A DNA stretch of 64,000 bases from Antedon mediterranea (taxonomy: Eukaryota > Animalia > Echinodermata), in assembly GCF_964355755.1 (NCBI RefSeq), contig NC_092674.1, positions 23,064,001 through 23,128,000 on the forward strand, in the 5' to 3' direction. Shown here in pieces: positions 1 through 13,700 of the stretch. A model generated the notes under the pieces. The model saw only the letters and a list, made by a program, of their open reading frames with translations, ran no database searches and had not been told where the DNA came from. A program made the position numbers and the translations under genes. The first letter of the stretch is position 1. Each line of letters starts with the position of its first letter.

Positions 1-2188
1 CCATGCGGTAACCACTCTGAAACTGTAATAAAAGAGTATCATATAAACACACACACGCAAGGCAACAATAATTAGCAATATTTCACGCTTAATTATTGGC
101 AAGCTGTAGACGGCAATATTGGCTTGTGATGTCATGTCTCAGCAAAACATAATTTAGATACATTGCCTCTGGATAAAATAACATTAAGATTGAAAATTCA
201 TGTCACTGAATATTATTCTTAAAAACATTTTAGTTATAAAATATGTTTGTGAATAATTGTAATATTGTGAATATACAGTATAATTATATAGTTTCTTTTA
301 AGAATTATCAATAATAATTAATATACTGTACTTTACATTCTAACTATAACATGCAGTGTTGTAAATCTTTATTTTATATTTCATAAGCGTAAATACCCTC
401 CGTAGGGCAGCCTCAACCCTACCCGGAGCGGTTCAGATAATCTTTCTATAAAGTATATCTAGCATTTGGAAATTTTTGAATTGTAGGATGTCTAGAAATT
501 CATTTCATCTTCTTGTCTCAATGCGCGGCATGTTTTGTGTTAATTGACATACAGCAAATTAATAGCCAATACACAATTGTGACGTCTTTATTATCTGACC
601 ATCTGAATAACTCTATCTTACCACTTAGTTAATAACTAAATTAAAAGCAAAAATATAGACATCAGCAAAGGTGTACGTTAATGCTGTTTATGAGTGATAA
701 TAGATAATTTGGCAGGTTTTTAATGCTCTCTCTCAGTTGAAGGACTACAGTACAGTACTAAGCTGTACGTTACTGTTGTATATACTGATCCTTTGCAACA
801 CCTAGGTTTTCTCTTTGCCATAAAATCGATTTTCAAAAAGCATGCCATGCCAGTGAAGAAAATATTAATTTTATTATTTAATGAGATTTTGGGACTGTAT
901 TATAAACTGAAGCTAGTTTTTAAATCCAAATCCACATATTTATTTATATATGTCTAGCCTCTATCTTTAAAAAATAGGAAAATGAACATTTTAGGAAAAC
1001 AGGAATAGTAGTACAACAAATAATATACAAACATCATCTATATTAATTTTTATATAGCGTGGATAAACAAATCATTCACACAACGCTTTTCACAATACTG
1101 GGTACATTTGGCCACAAAAAAGACTACAACATTAAATAAAAAATAAAAAAACAACTTATAAATGGATTAATCAATATTATGGATACAGTAAGTCTATACT
1201 GTATGAAAATAAATAATAAAATACAGTAAAAGCATAGTCATATGCACCACCACAAACATTCCGCAATTACAATTTAGCATTCTAGATATTTTTGTTTGAA
1301 GCGCATTTAATGCTTTAGGTCAATCACCAGAGATGAGTATAAATTAAAGCTGCGTTATCAATTATTAGGTGAATGAATGATGTCGTCCATTATATAGGTA
1401 CTTATTGCATTCATGATTCAGTAATTTATTACAGTAGTCTGTTTACATTAAAAAATGGAGCTAAAAAACCTTTTGGTTTTCTTCTTAATTATGAATTATT
1501 TATTACTACAAGTGAATTACCTCAATTATCATAATATTATGAAACTGGGTCATAGTTTACTTAATTATATTTTTGCGCCGCTCCTATAGGCAGTTATATA
1601 TTCAAGCAAACGGAAACATTAAGAAACAGTTACCATGCGGTAAGTTTACTACGGTTGTGAAAAAATGTGTTTCGAAACTCGGACTGGGCAAGACAGTCTA
1701 TGAAAATATTTGCTGAGATAATACAGTAATAATAAGATAATAAGATGCATGTAGACAGTAGTTATCGTGAGATGAGCGGCGTTTTTTTGTAAGAAATATT
1801 TCTTGTTATATTATAGCTTCAATGTATTATTACACATACAGTAATTAAGTTATATTTTAAAAACTTGCTTGTAGATAATAATAATAATTTATTACGTGAC
1901 CACCAAATTGTTAGTAGTTTTAATCCATACAACACTGCAAACACTGAAAACAAGTGAGGTTAAGCTGACACAAGATAGAGTATAACATGTTCAGTGTTCT
2001 CAATATAGAAATCATGTCCGGGCAAAAATAGCCTTCATTTGCTAGTGGGTTGGTCTATGTTTTTAATGGCTCGGCCTAACCTGCCGCTAGTAGTTTTTTT
2101 GTATAATTTTCTTACACTATTTGTAATACCGGTGGTTGGAACCAATTTAGTCCAGCAAAACCTGCTTCGGGAGAACACTGCATGTCTC

Positions 2189-2315
2189 AGTAGTGGAGCT
2201 GTAACTTGGTGGTTAACATGCTTGCCTTCCAATCCAAAGGTTTGAGGTTCAATCCTGACCTAGTGACAAGGTTGTAACTCGCGACTCTTTCAACTCCACT
2301 ACCTAAGCCTCAGAT
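2189..2315 (+). mobile_element. tRNA-derived SINE
   Basis: A-box-like TAACTTGGTGG and B-box GGTTCAATCC, followed by a shared body (CAACTCCACTACCTAAGCCTCA). Minus-strand copies at ~39338-39455 and ~61265-61328, and a body fragment at ~21525-21555. Confidence 0.7.
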
Positions 2316-2973
2316 GAGACTTAGTTTATAAGCACGGTAAAATATAAAATAGTTTATCCATCCTGTAATTGGCAAGTTTGTGCTCGCTGTCGGATGCGTA
2401 TGAAAGTCTACAGTAATTTTTTTAGAAATTGAGCATAATGGTACCTAGTGGAAAGTAATCATAGTATTGCCGTGGTGCATGACCAGTATATTAATGTTAA
2501 TGATGGCATTTAGGAATATTACCCTATCATGCCGCAATGATCGATGACTTTAACATATCTAATAACGTGTACTGAGCCATTGCTAATATACCCAGAGTAA
2601 CCTTTTCTGGCGACTTAATCCAATCTATTATTCATATTGATTATGGTTTAGCCTGAATTCATCGAGTCATTGTGTTAATTCATCAAATCATAAATTTGTC
2701 TCACTTTGTAGTGTCGATGTTTACTAAAATCAACAATTCTGCCGATAAATACTACAGTATGAACTAGGAATTTTAGAAGAAGGCTACCTGCACTTATAGT
2801 CTTAGGTGTACAGTAATTTTGATTGGTTAGTCTTTAACAGCAGAAGGTCAAGATGCTTGATTTCGTCATCGATGTGTTCAATTTTCACATCATTTTTAAC
2901 TATGAGTGCTCACTGGCTAAAACCAGAGGAAAAAACGGGCATTCAAATATGTCGAAAAAGGCTAAAAACACAG

Positions 2974-3142
2974 ACAGCATACAAATGTTTGTGTCTGAAC
3001 TAGACTGTAGTATCATCAACTATAATGACACTGTAAACCAGCTGCCTCAGACCTCTACATTATGCCACTGGTTCACAGTGTTACTATAATACAGTAGGTC
3101 ATATACTACAGTCTAGTTCAGACACAAACATTTGTATGCTGT
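2974..3142. repeat. Perfect 40-bp inverted repeat (probable hairpin MITE) upstream of the Rab33 terminal exon
   Basis: Arms 2974-3013 and 3103-3142 are exact reverse complements. An imperfect inner stem (TGACACTGT / ACAGTGTTA) lies between them. Confidence 0.85.
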
Positions 3143-3744
3143 GAATGATACAAACACATACAGTAGATTAGTCTGAGCAGGCTCTTAGCTATACAGTGTA
3201 TAACAGTATACTAAACATTGCCGGTGGATCCAATGACCTAATCCTTTCAATTAATGTGATTTAAAGATACTACAATTATTAGACCACAAATACCCTAGTA
3301 TGAAATATAGTCCTTGTTTGAGAGACACACCTATACAAGTGACAACATCGGCATTGTATTCTATACATATTTTCTAGTCTACTGAAAAGAAGAAAATAAA
3401 CTTAAAAAATTGGAAGGAATATTCATTTTTTCAAGCTACAATATAATTTGTATCTTTAATGCTTCTAAAACAATTTTTTGTAAAGAACTTAATTCACCTT
3501 TTACTGCTCATCTACCTGTACACAGAAAATACCATGGTGAATATTTACTCTCCCATTGTATTTAGACGGCACTCCTTCTATAGCACACACATGCACCCCA
3601 CCCACACGGTGCTTTTATATTCTACCTTTTATATTATAACTTTTATAGCCTAGCATACTAAATAGTTAAATTTTAATTGTTTGTAAAAGAAATTTAAGTT
3701 TAAGGTTACAACCTCTGTTAAGGGGAACAGCTTCATGACCCTTA

Positions 3745-4669
3745 CGCCCGTATTCTTAAACTGGACTTTAGTCGTAGTTCGAGCTAAAACTTTAAAAATG
3801 ACGTCATTTTAATTCATAAACCGAACTTCAACTATATCGCCGACTAATTCAGGCCAACCTCGACTAAATCGAGACGGATTTTGATCGATTTTTTTAGTCC
3901 TGGAGGGGGCATGCTAAATGGTCGACTAAATGGTTTTTAAACGATGTTTATGAAAAACTTAACAGTCATTGAGTTGTTATATTGGCCAGTATTGAAGAAT
4001 GAAGTATCTATTTTTATATTAGCTTAATTAAATATACATTGGTATAAGTTATAATAATAAAAATCATCTTTATTTACAACCGTATACAAATTACATTATT
4101 TTCTTCGCGCAAGTCCGACTTGAACTACGTCATGCCATAGCGACAATGGCAGATGCAGAAATTCACCACGCGATGGAATGTTTAGGGGGCCTAGCGCTTT
4201 CTTGTCACGCTATGAAGTGCGTGGTTCTTCGCGATCATACTTTGTTGGGGGCCTAGAAAATATATAAGTTACCGTACCGCCATGGTTCCTAAATATATTT
4301 TGAAGATTTTGTTTGTTGTTAATCAAATATACTTCACTGTTAAATTAATACTACTTGTTCTAATAATTAACGATTAAAATTATTTTTCATGTATATAGTC
4401 CTGATGTGTAAAAAGTGTTGTAAGAAAATGGAAAGTGATATCAATGCGCAAAATTTCGTCTGCTCCTCAAATACTCTCTTGTCATTGGCCAATGTATAGC
4501 CTTTGTTACCCAGACGTGTGCAACTCGACTAAAAGCTCGACTTCATTAAGTCGAACTGCAAACTTCGACTACTTCGTTTTTTAATCGAATTTGAAGTAAT
4601 AGCTCGAACTACGACTTTTTCAAGTCGAACTTCGAACTACGACTAAAGTCCGGTTTAAGAATACGGGCG
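3745..4669 (+). mobile_element. Non-autonomous PIF/Harbinger-like DNA transposon, copy 1
   Basis: ~38-bp TIRs CGCCCGTATTCTTAAAC(T/C)GGACTTTAGTCGTAGTTCGA with TTA on both flanks (3742-3744, 4670-4672). A near-identical inverted copy lies at 19124-20051. Confidence 0.8.
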
Positions 4670-4832
4670 TTAATAAGGGTGTCTCTCAGAGGTTGGCCAT
4701 TAGTATAAAAATCTATATACAGTATTATCTCTTTTCATGAAAGTATCCCCATTATAAGTTCCCTCTGATCACTGATGGCTTTGCTAATCAAATACTATAG
4801 CTATACTTATTTTTGTTCTTTTGAATTCACAG

Positions 4833-5309
4833 TTACAACTATGGGACACAGCTGGGCAGGAGCGGTTTCGTAAAAGTATGGTGCAACATTATTACCGCAA
4901 CGTTCACGCAGTTGTGTTTGTTTACGATATGACTAAATTAAGTACTTTTGAAAGTTTACCCATGTGGATCGACGAATGCGACAGACACTCCCTCGCTCCG
5001 GATATACCACGTGTTCTAGTTGGAAACAAATGCGATATGGTAGATAACGTTTTAATCACAACCGGTATGGCGCAGAAATTTGCGGATGCAAACAATATGC
5101 CGTTGTTTGAAACATCCGCTTTAGATTCAGTGGAATCGGACAATATCAAAGCGATATTTACGACTCTGGCATATAAACTTAAAATGCATAGACCAATGAT
5201 GTCATTATCAACGCCGGCTACAGATGCTCATAAAACTAGGATTGTACGAATGGCGGATAACCCGCATTACGAATTTGAACGAGATTCTGACGGACCCTGT
5301 CCATGTTGA
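4833..5309 (+). CDS. RAB33: Rab33 small GTPase, terminal coding exon (first exon not found in window, probably upstream)
   Basis: Acceptor ttttgaattcacAG at 4831-4832. Translation [32 protein letters not shown] is the Rab33-type switch II region. It also has GNKCD (G4), ETSA (G5) and a C-terminal CPC (CxC) prenylation motif. Confidence 0.93.
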   Translation, partial: LQLWDTAGQERFRKSMVQHYYRNVHAVVFVYDMTKLSTFESLPMWIDECDRHSLAPDIPRVLVGNKCDMVDNVLITTGMAQKFADANNMPLFETSALDSVESDNIKAIFTTLAYKLKMHRPMMSLSTPATDAHKTRIVRMADNPHYEFERDSDGPCPC

Positions 5310-7370
5310 GAAAATACAACACGCATTTCACCTACTGTACGAGGATACTGTAGAAATAAGCATGGTCTACCAAAATAGTGTAAAGATATTCGTATCACAC
5401 AATATTTTCTTGTATGTGTGTTGTACTGTAATGATGTAACAATATATTTTGTAACTTATTGATAGTTTGTTAGTGAAATCTATGATGTAGAATAGAGAGA
5501 GACTGCAATACAGTATAATGGCATTCCAATTTTAAAGGCATAATTTAATACAGGTATTTAAACAAGTCTTTGATCCAACGATACAAAATCCTAAATTTTG
5601 TGATAATAGTTTTTTTTTTTTTCATGTCGCATATTAACCTTTAAAAATACCCTATGAAACCATAATGATACAAATAGGCCTACTGTATTTAAAAAGTTTC
5701 AATTCAACTATCCGAAGATGGCAATTACTGGTTGCTGATAACCCATGTGCTGTTGTTTCACTTCTTATAGTAATATAACTGAAGAATTGTAGAAGTCCCA
5801 AGTTTGAAAATTTAAGCATTGAGAGACTTTATAAAAAGGCTTTGCCAAACCATATCATTTTTAAGATACAGTACATCCAACCATCCCACTAAGGATACCA
5901 GGTGCTTTCCAAAACATTTTTCGCTATTAATTAAACGAAAAGAGCCAAGTACTGTAGTGAGCATTAGAAGGGAAGCTCAAAATATCAGGAAACCCCTACC
6001 TGACGGTATGGGGTATGGAAATTGTGGTAGTTACAGGATCTATCACAACTCTCCTTATCCAGTTTGCGTTGTACTTGTAGGCTGTGTAGAGGGCTGCGCA
6101 GCCCCCCATGTTACAATACATGCTCTACTGAAACTTTGTTTTGCAAACTTGCTACGCCACGACCTAAAGTGTGACGTACTAGTATAATACAAATGTTATA
6201 ATCCATAATAAGAGTGAGAGAGATAATCCATCTAAAAAAACAGAATTTCTCTTTTAAAAGTAAAATAAATATTCATTGCAAAATGGTATGGTAAATATTT
6301 AATACCTATATTTCTCCTCTAATATTTTGAATTTTCTCAAAACCTATAAATACTAATTACTATAAATTGTAATAATATATTATACAAATTAAAAATAACT
6401 TGTATGTACTATACATGTTGAGGCAACTAAACAAAATAAATGCGGGCTGTAAAATTCTCTTAAAAATAGAATATTACACATGCATGAGCCTAATAGCTAA
6501 TTATGAATTTATACCACCAGTTTGGACATAATGATATCTATATTATATGACACAATTGTTTGGCCTTCAGTGCTATTTTTATTCTCTTTTAATGACATTA
6601 TTAACAAATAATCCAGGTTTAAGTTCACTTTTGATCTTATATTCAGTGAATTAATTGATATTTTATCATGGGAGGTATTATATAATTATAAATAGATTTA
6701 AATAAATTATAGAATCAAAATTGGAAATCATCATTAGCTCAAAGAAAAGTAAATTTTATTTTGAAAATGATATGGAAACTTGGGGCGGTGGGTCGTTTCA
6801 TTCCGATTTATCATACTTTGTGAAATGCAGGTTTCACATTTCAATGCTTCTAATTTATAATGAAAGATTAATTTACAGTTAATTAAAATTATTTGTTTGC
6901 AAAGATTATTATTATGTATATGTCGGGCAAAATTGGAGCTACTAAAAATAAATAAATCTATGAGTAAGTAAGTCTGTATAATAAATACATAATTATTAAT
7001 TAAATTTGTTTATCACTTGCTCTTTAAAACAGTTATTTTCTTGGCACTAGTGGCCTTTTACCTAATATGGTAATTAAATGACAAATATGTTGTATAATAA
7101 TCTAGTATATTAATTATGAACAATAAATATTTATGAAATGTAATTTAAATATCCAATTATATTTATATAATTTTTAATATTGCTAGTTGTAAATAATTTA
7201 TAATGGAACATTTTTTTTATGAGTAAATAATATTATGTATTGAAAGTTTATATATAATATTTTAATATATTTATTTGTATTTAAATTAAATAATTGTAAT
7301 TGATATAACAGAAAAATTAGATTTGGTACAGTACAGTACTGTAGATAATGCAAATATACTGTACTGTATA

Positions 7371-7695
7371 AGGTAGAACCTCTATAAAAGGGGCCCCAGA
7401 TATATTTGGTGACTTTGTTGCTTTTGGGGTCCCAGGACATTTGTGATGTCGAATAAATAAATGAAATGACTTTCAAGACCAAACAAGGTATCCCCTTAAC
7501 GGTTGTCTTCTGAATAGGGGTGTCCCCTGAATAGGGATGTCCCCTGAATAGGGGTGTCCCCTGAATAGGGATGTCCCCTGAATAGGGGTGTCCCCTGAAT
7601 AGGGATGTCCCCTGAATAGGGGTGTCCCCTGAATAGGGGTGTCCCCTGAATAGGGATGTCCCCTGAATAGGGGTGTCCCAAAGAGGGTCCTACTG
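7371..7695 (+). mobile_element. Tc1/mariner-like MITE (CAGTAGAACC family) containing a 17-bp tandem array
   Basis: Left end GTAGAACCTCTATAAAAGGGG and right end GAGGGTCCTACTG followed by TA. Ten copies of CTGAATAGGG(G/A)TGTCCC at 7510-7679. Confidence 0.7.
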
Positions 7696-9684
7696 TATTT
7701 ATTCACGCTATATCATTAACCAGTTATTTTCTAGGAACCGACCTAAATATTCAAATGTTAAAGATGTATTTGTTATCCAAAAACATGAAACTGAAGATTA
7801 ATAAGATCAGAATTTGAAATGCCATTTTGCATTTTTAATAAAGTTATTCACTTAAATTTACATTTTTTAAAGTAAACCACTTATTTTAAAAAGCCTTCCA
7901 TTTTTGGAAAGTATTTTAAAACTATATTTACTGGAACCAGTCCACTTTATTTAAAATGATGTGATCAAAAGAAAAGGATAAAAATGTTCATACCAAATTC
8001 ATTCAATCTACAAAATGCTAAAAACACAGAACTTTTATAGTAGATAATAAATAAACTGATTTTTTATCACAAAGGAAAAAAAATTCAGAAATACTTTTTT
8101 TCCAAATTCACGAAAATTGAAGGTGCAAAAATAAACGGGTGTATAGTATTAGTAGTAGAAAAAAATACCAAATTTATTCTGAATGCAATGAAAATATGGT
8201 TATAATATGATTGTTATATTTTATCTATTTTAAGATAACACATGTACTGTAAATTATGTTGTTAAGAATTAACCTTTATAGTTATAGTTGATATATTATA
8301 GTAATCATTATCTTCTGAACTGATAGCATTGTTATAGAGCCTAGAGGATCAGGACCAATAGTATAAGTGCAAATAGACAAACAAGTTACTAATTAATTAA
8401 TTATTTAAATATTTAATGTTTAATACATATTTATTTATTACAAAGAAGGATGTTTACCGGATTCATTAAGCGTGGTTCCCAATTGACCTATCACAAGCGA
8501 TGGCTTATTCGCTTGTGATTGCTAACTGTCTATAAACTTCGCTTGTCATTGGTTAAAATGCTTGCGTTGCGTTTACGTCCTTGCGTTACGTTCTAGTGGG
8601 AACCAAGCTTAAGGGGTGGATTGTGGGATGGGTAGGCACATTCCCATGCTGGTTGATTCCATTATAACATTATTAGCGGTTAGCTAATTTAGGATTACAT
8701 TTGAAATACATTTCTGGACTATCGTGCCGATAATCTAAAGCTCTGTCTACACTACCAAACTTTATATGAAAAAAAATGTGATGTGCCCATATATGGCCAT
8801 GGTGAGTTCATATCACTACCATTTTTGGGCAAATCGCTACCATATTTGGGCACAATACATTTTTTTGTCAACTATTTTGATAGTGTAGGCAAATAAGAAC
8901 TGTTTGAACGAATCTCCTTCTGACTGACCAGCTTTAATTCAGCATAATCACATGGCATGACAAAAATGCTGGTACAATAATAATAATAATTTATTTGGAA
9001 GCTGAACTTTTTAGCAGTCGCATGGTCCGTAAAAAAGTTGGATAATAATGATTTAACTAATATTTTAACTCAAAATGAATGGGAAAGAAATCATAACGAA
9101 TTTAACAATCATGAAAACTAAATATATGTCTATCTTTGCTATCACTATGTGATCCTATTCATGTAAATTTATGGGACATTACAACATTTGACACCATTTT
9201 GCATAAACAGTATCTAATGAAAATGTAACAATATCAGTTATGAACAATAGTAAATGTGTCATTAAAGAAAAATATAAGAACATTTTAATGGTCTAAGTTG
9301 ATTGCTTAATATTTATTCACTGATAATTAGCCTAAATTCAACTGACAATATTTAAATTAATTTATTTAGAGAAGAGCAGTATCTTGTTACAAAGCATACT
9401 GTGTACATCCTGTAATGTAGATGAGGCTACCATATTGCGACGTGTGATTGTGTATCATTAAACTAAGCCATCATCTGTAGTGTTTGAAACATTTATGGCA
9501 TACTATTTATGATATGATTGCAGAGCACACTGCTAATGGGGTGTTTCAAATGGGACTTATCTTTGAATAGTACTGTATTACTAAAATAATAGTAATATTT
9601 AAATTTGCTTCCAATTTTAACAGAGATAGGAAGGTCTTTAACCAATAAAAAGTAATGCCAGTTTTAATATTAATAATATAAACA

Positions 9685-9957
9685 TCTCTCATCCTTTCTC
9701 ACACCCTTTTCACACTCTTGACCCAACCCACCTCCAATGTCTCACACCATTGATCCCTCCCACCACTCCACCTCTCGCACTCCACATCTCACCCTCCCCA
9801 CACACTTGATCCCTCCCACCACCCCTCATCATACCCTTGATAACACCCATCACCACTTCTCCCACCTCTCACTCTTCTCACACCTTAATCCCACCCATCA
9901 CCTTCCTCCCACCACTCCTCCCACCTATCACCCTCCTCCCACTTCTCATCCCTCCGT
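9685..9957 (+). repeat. C-rich low-complexity tract (G-rich on the minus strand)
   Basis: Almost G-free stretch of CCCACC/CCCTC/CACAC motifs. Confidence 0.75.
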
Positions 9958-10794
9958 CGAATATTGGACATATAGTCCAGTAGCAATTACTTTAACATTA
10001 TACGTATATTCTTCATACACAAATATGAAATTTATATGCTAAAAATGACATTTTATAATGTCATGCATTATTTACTATATTTCAACGAGCTGTTACATTG
10101 AGGCATATTATAAAACAGGGGTTTATTTCTATTTTAGAGATACATGCTACAAGATTTATAATATAAAATAAATACATATTTAAGGGATTTAACATTTTAT
10201 TGTTATATTAGCTCTACATACGATTTAACAATATCTGAATAGTGAATCTATCCAGTGATATGCACCACTCTTTGTTCCTCCTTCCTACTAGGTGATCAAT
10301 AAATGTATAATACTTCTAGCTAAAAAAAAGTACAGACAATTGTTTCCATGTAAATCAGAAAAATAAATTATTTATTAAATGTAATGTGTTTATTCTTTTT
10401 AAATGAATTATTATAAGTACATTGAAACTGTTCTAGGCCCACCCACCGTTTCAACCTATCCCCCCATATTCAAATCTGTCTTTGAATAGTAAAGCAAGAG
10501 ATATTTACACAACGACTAATAATAGTAGGCCAAAAATATCTTACTGTAATCTGCAAAGAGAAATTTGAATTTTATTTGAATAATTGGGGAGGGGGTATCC
10601 AGGAGGAAAAATACAGAGGTGGGCAATGTCCAGGGAAAATTAGCCTGTTTGAAACATCACAACTATCTTTTGTGTTACAGTAGAACCCTATTAAGAGAAC
10701 AAATTATAGGGTTCAATCAAGTTGGGGTTAAATCGAATGGGGTTAAACATATATTGACCTTTGTTTCACAGGAATGTATCGCCTTATTACGGCC

Positions 10795-13700
10795 GGGTAT
10801 CCACTGAATAGGGGGTATCCACTGAATAGGGGGTATCCACTGAATAGGGGGTGTCCACTGAATAGGGGGTGTCCACTGAATAGGGGATGTCCACTGAATA
10901 AGGGGTGTTCGCTGAATAAGGGGTGTTCGCTGAATAAGGAGTGTCCACTGAATAGGAGGTGTCCACTGAATAGTTGTCCACTGAATAGGGGGTGTCCACT
11001 GAATAAGGGGTGTCCACTGAATAAGGGGTGTCCACTGAATAGGGGGTGTCCACTGAATAGGGAGTGTCCACTGAATAGGGAGTGTCCACTGAATAGGGGT
11101 GTCCACTGAATAGAGAGTGTCCATTGAATAGAGAGTGTCCACTGAATAAGGGGTATCCACTGAATAGGGGGTGTCCACTGAATAGGGGTATCCACTAAAT
11201 AGGGGATGTCCACTGAATAGAGGGTGTCCACTGAATAGAAAGTGTCCACTGAATAGGGGATGTCCACTGAATAGAGGGTTTCCACTGAATAGGGAGTGTC
11301 CACTGAATAATGGGTGTCCACTGAATAGGGGTGTCCACTGAATAGGGAGTGTCCACTGAATAGGGGGTGTCCACTGAATAGGGAGTGTCCACTGAATAAG
11401 GGATGTCCGCTGAATAAGGGGTGTCCGCTGAATAATGGTTGTCCACTGAATAAGAGGTGTCCACTGAATAGGGGATGTCAACTGAATAGAGGGTGTCCAC
11501 TGAATACGGAGTGTTCACTGAATGAGGGGTTTTCACTGAATGAGGAGTGTCCACTGAATAGGGAGTGTTCACTGAATGAGGGGTGTCCACTGAATAGGGA
11601 GTGTCCACTGAATAGGGGGTGTCCACTGAATAGGGGGTGTCCACTGAATAGGGGGTGTCCACTGAATAAGGGGTGTCCACTGAATAGGGGGTGTCCACTG
11701 AATAGGGAGTGTCCACTGAATAGGGAGTGTCCACTGAATAGGGGTGTCCACAGAATAGAGAGTGTCCAGTGAATAGAGAGTGTCCACTGAATAGGGGGTA
11801 TCCACTGAATTGAGATGTCCACTGAATAGGGGTGTCCACTGAATAGGGAGTGTCCACTGAATAGGGGGTGTCCACTGAATAGAGAGTGTCCATTGAATAG
11901 AGAGTGTCCACTGAATAGGGGGTATCCACTGAATTGGGGTGTCCACTGAATAGGGGGTATCCACTGAATAGGGGGTATCCACTGAATAGGGGGTGTCCAC
12001 TGAATAGGGGGTGTCCACTGAATAGAGGTATCCACTAAATAGGGGATGTCCACTGAATAGAGGGTGTCCACTGAATAGAAAGTGTCCACTGAATAGGAGG
12101 TGTCCACTGAATAGGGGGTGTCCACTGAATAAGGGGTGTCAACTGAATAGGGAGTGTCCACTGAATAGGAGGTGTCCACTGAATAGGGGGTGTCAACTGA
12201 ATAATGGGTGTCCACTGAATAGGGGTGTCCACTGAATAGGGGTGTCCACTGAATAGGGGGTGTCCACTGAATATGGAGTGTTCACTGAATAAGGGGTGTC
12301 CACTGAATAGGGAGTGTCCACTGAATAGGAGGTGTCCACTGAATAAGGGGTGTCCACTGAATAATGGGTGTCCACTGAATAGGGGTGTCCACTGAATAGG
12401 GAGTGTTCACTGAATAGGGGGTGTCCACTGAATAGAGAGTGTCCACTGAATAAGGGATGTCCGCTGAATAAGGGGTGTCCGCTGAATAAGGGGTGTCCAC
12501 TGAATAAGAGGTGTCCACTGAATATGGAGTGTTCACTGAATGAGGGGTGTTCACTGAATGAGGGGTGTTCACTGAATGAGGGGTTTTCACTGAATAAGGG
12601 GTGTTCACTGAATGAGGGGTGTTCACTGAAAAAGGGGTGTCCACTGAATAGGGAGTGTCCACTGAATAAAGGGTGTCCACTGAATTGGGAGTGTCCACTG
12701 AATAAGGGGTGTCCACTGAATAGGGGGTGTTCACTGAATAAGGGGTGTTCATTGAATAAGGGGTGTTCATTGAATAAGGGGTGTTCATTGAATAAGGGGT
12801 GTCCACTGAATAGGGAGTGTCCACTGAATAGGGAGTGTCCACTGAATAGGGGTGTCCACAGAATAGAGAGTGTCCAGTGAATAGAGAGTGTCCACTGAAT
12901 AGGGGGTATCCACTGAATTGAGATGTCCACTGAATAGGGGTGTCCACTGAATAGGGAGTGTCCACTGAATAGGGGGTGTCCACTGAATAGAGAGTGTCCA
13001 TTGAATAGAGAGTGTCCACTGAATAGGGGGTATCCACTGAATTGGGGTGTCCACTGAATAGGGGGTATCCACTGAATAGGGGGTATCCACTGAATAGGGG
13101 GTATCCACTGAATAGGGGGTGTCCACTGAATAGAGGTATCCACTGAATAGAGGTATCCACTAAATAGGGGATGTCCACTGAATAGAGGGTGTCCACTGAA
13201 TAGAAAGTGTCCACTGAATAGGAGGTGTCCACTGAATAAGGGGTGTCAACTGAATAGGGAGTGTCCACTGAATAGGAGGTGTCCACTGAATAGGGGGTGT
13301 CAACTGAATAATGGGTGTCCACTGAATAGGGGTGTCCACTGAATAGGGGTGTCCACTGAATATGGAGTGTTCACTGAATAAGGGGTGTCCACTGAATAGG
13401 GAGTGTCCACTGAATAGGAGGTGTCCACTGAATAGGGGGTGTCCACTGAATAATGGGTGTCCACTGAATAGGGGTGTCCACTGAATAGGGAGTGTTCACT
13501 GAATAGGGGGTGTCCACTGAATAGAGAGTGTCCACTGAATAAGGGATGTCCGCTGAATAAGGGGTGTCCGCTGAATAAGGGGTGTCCACTGAATAAGAGG
13601 TGTCCACTGAATATGGAGTGTTCACTGAATGAGGGGTGTTCACTGAATGAGGGGTGTTCACTGAATGAGGGGTTTTCACTGAATAAGGGGTGTTCACTGA

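Noticed and set aside
2189-2265. tRNA gene
   Set aside because: A/B boxes are present but no cloverleaf is evident, and several diverged copies share a non-tRNA body. This fits a SINE head.
5819-6187. 122-aa ORF downstream of Rab33
   Set aside because: Non-ATG start, no recognisable motif or splice support. Probably 3'UTR or repeat sequence.
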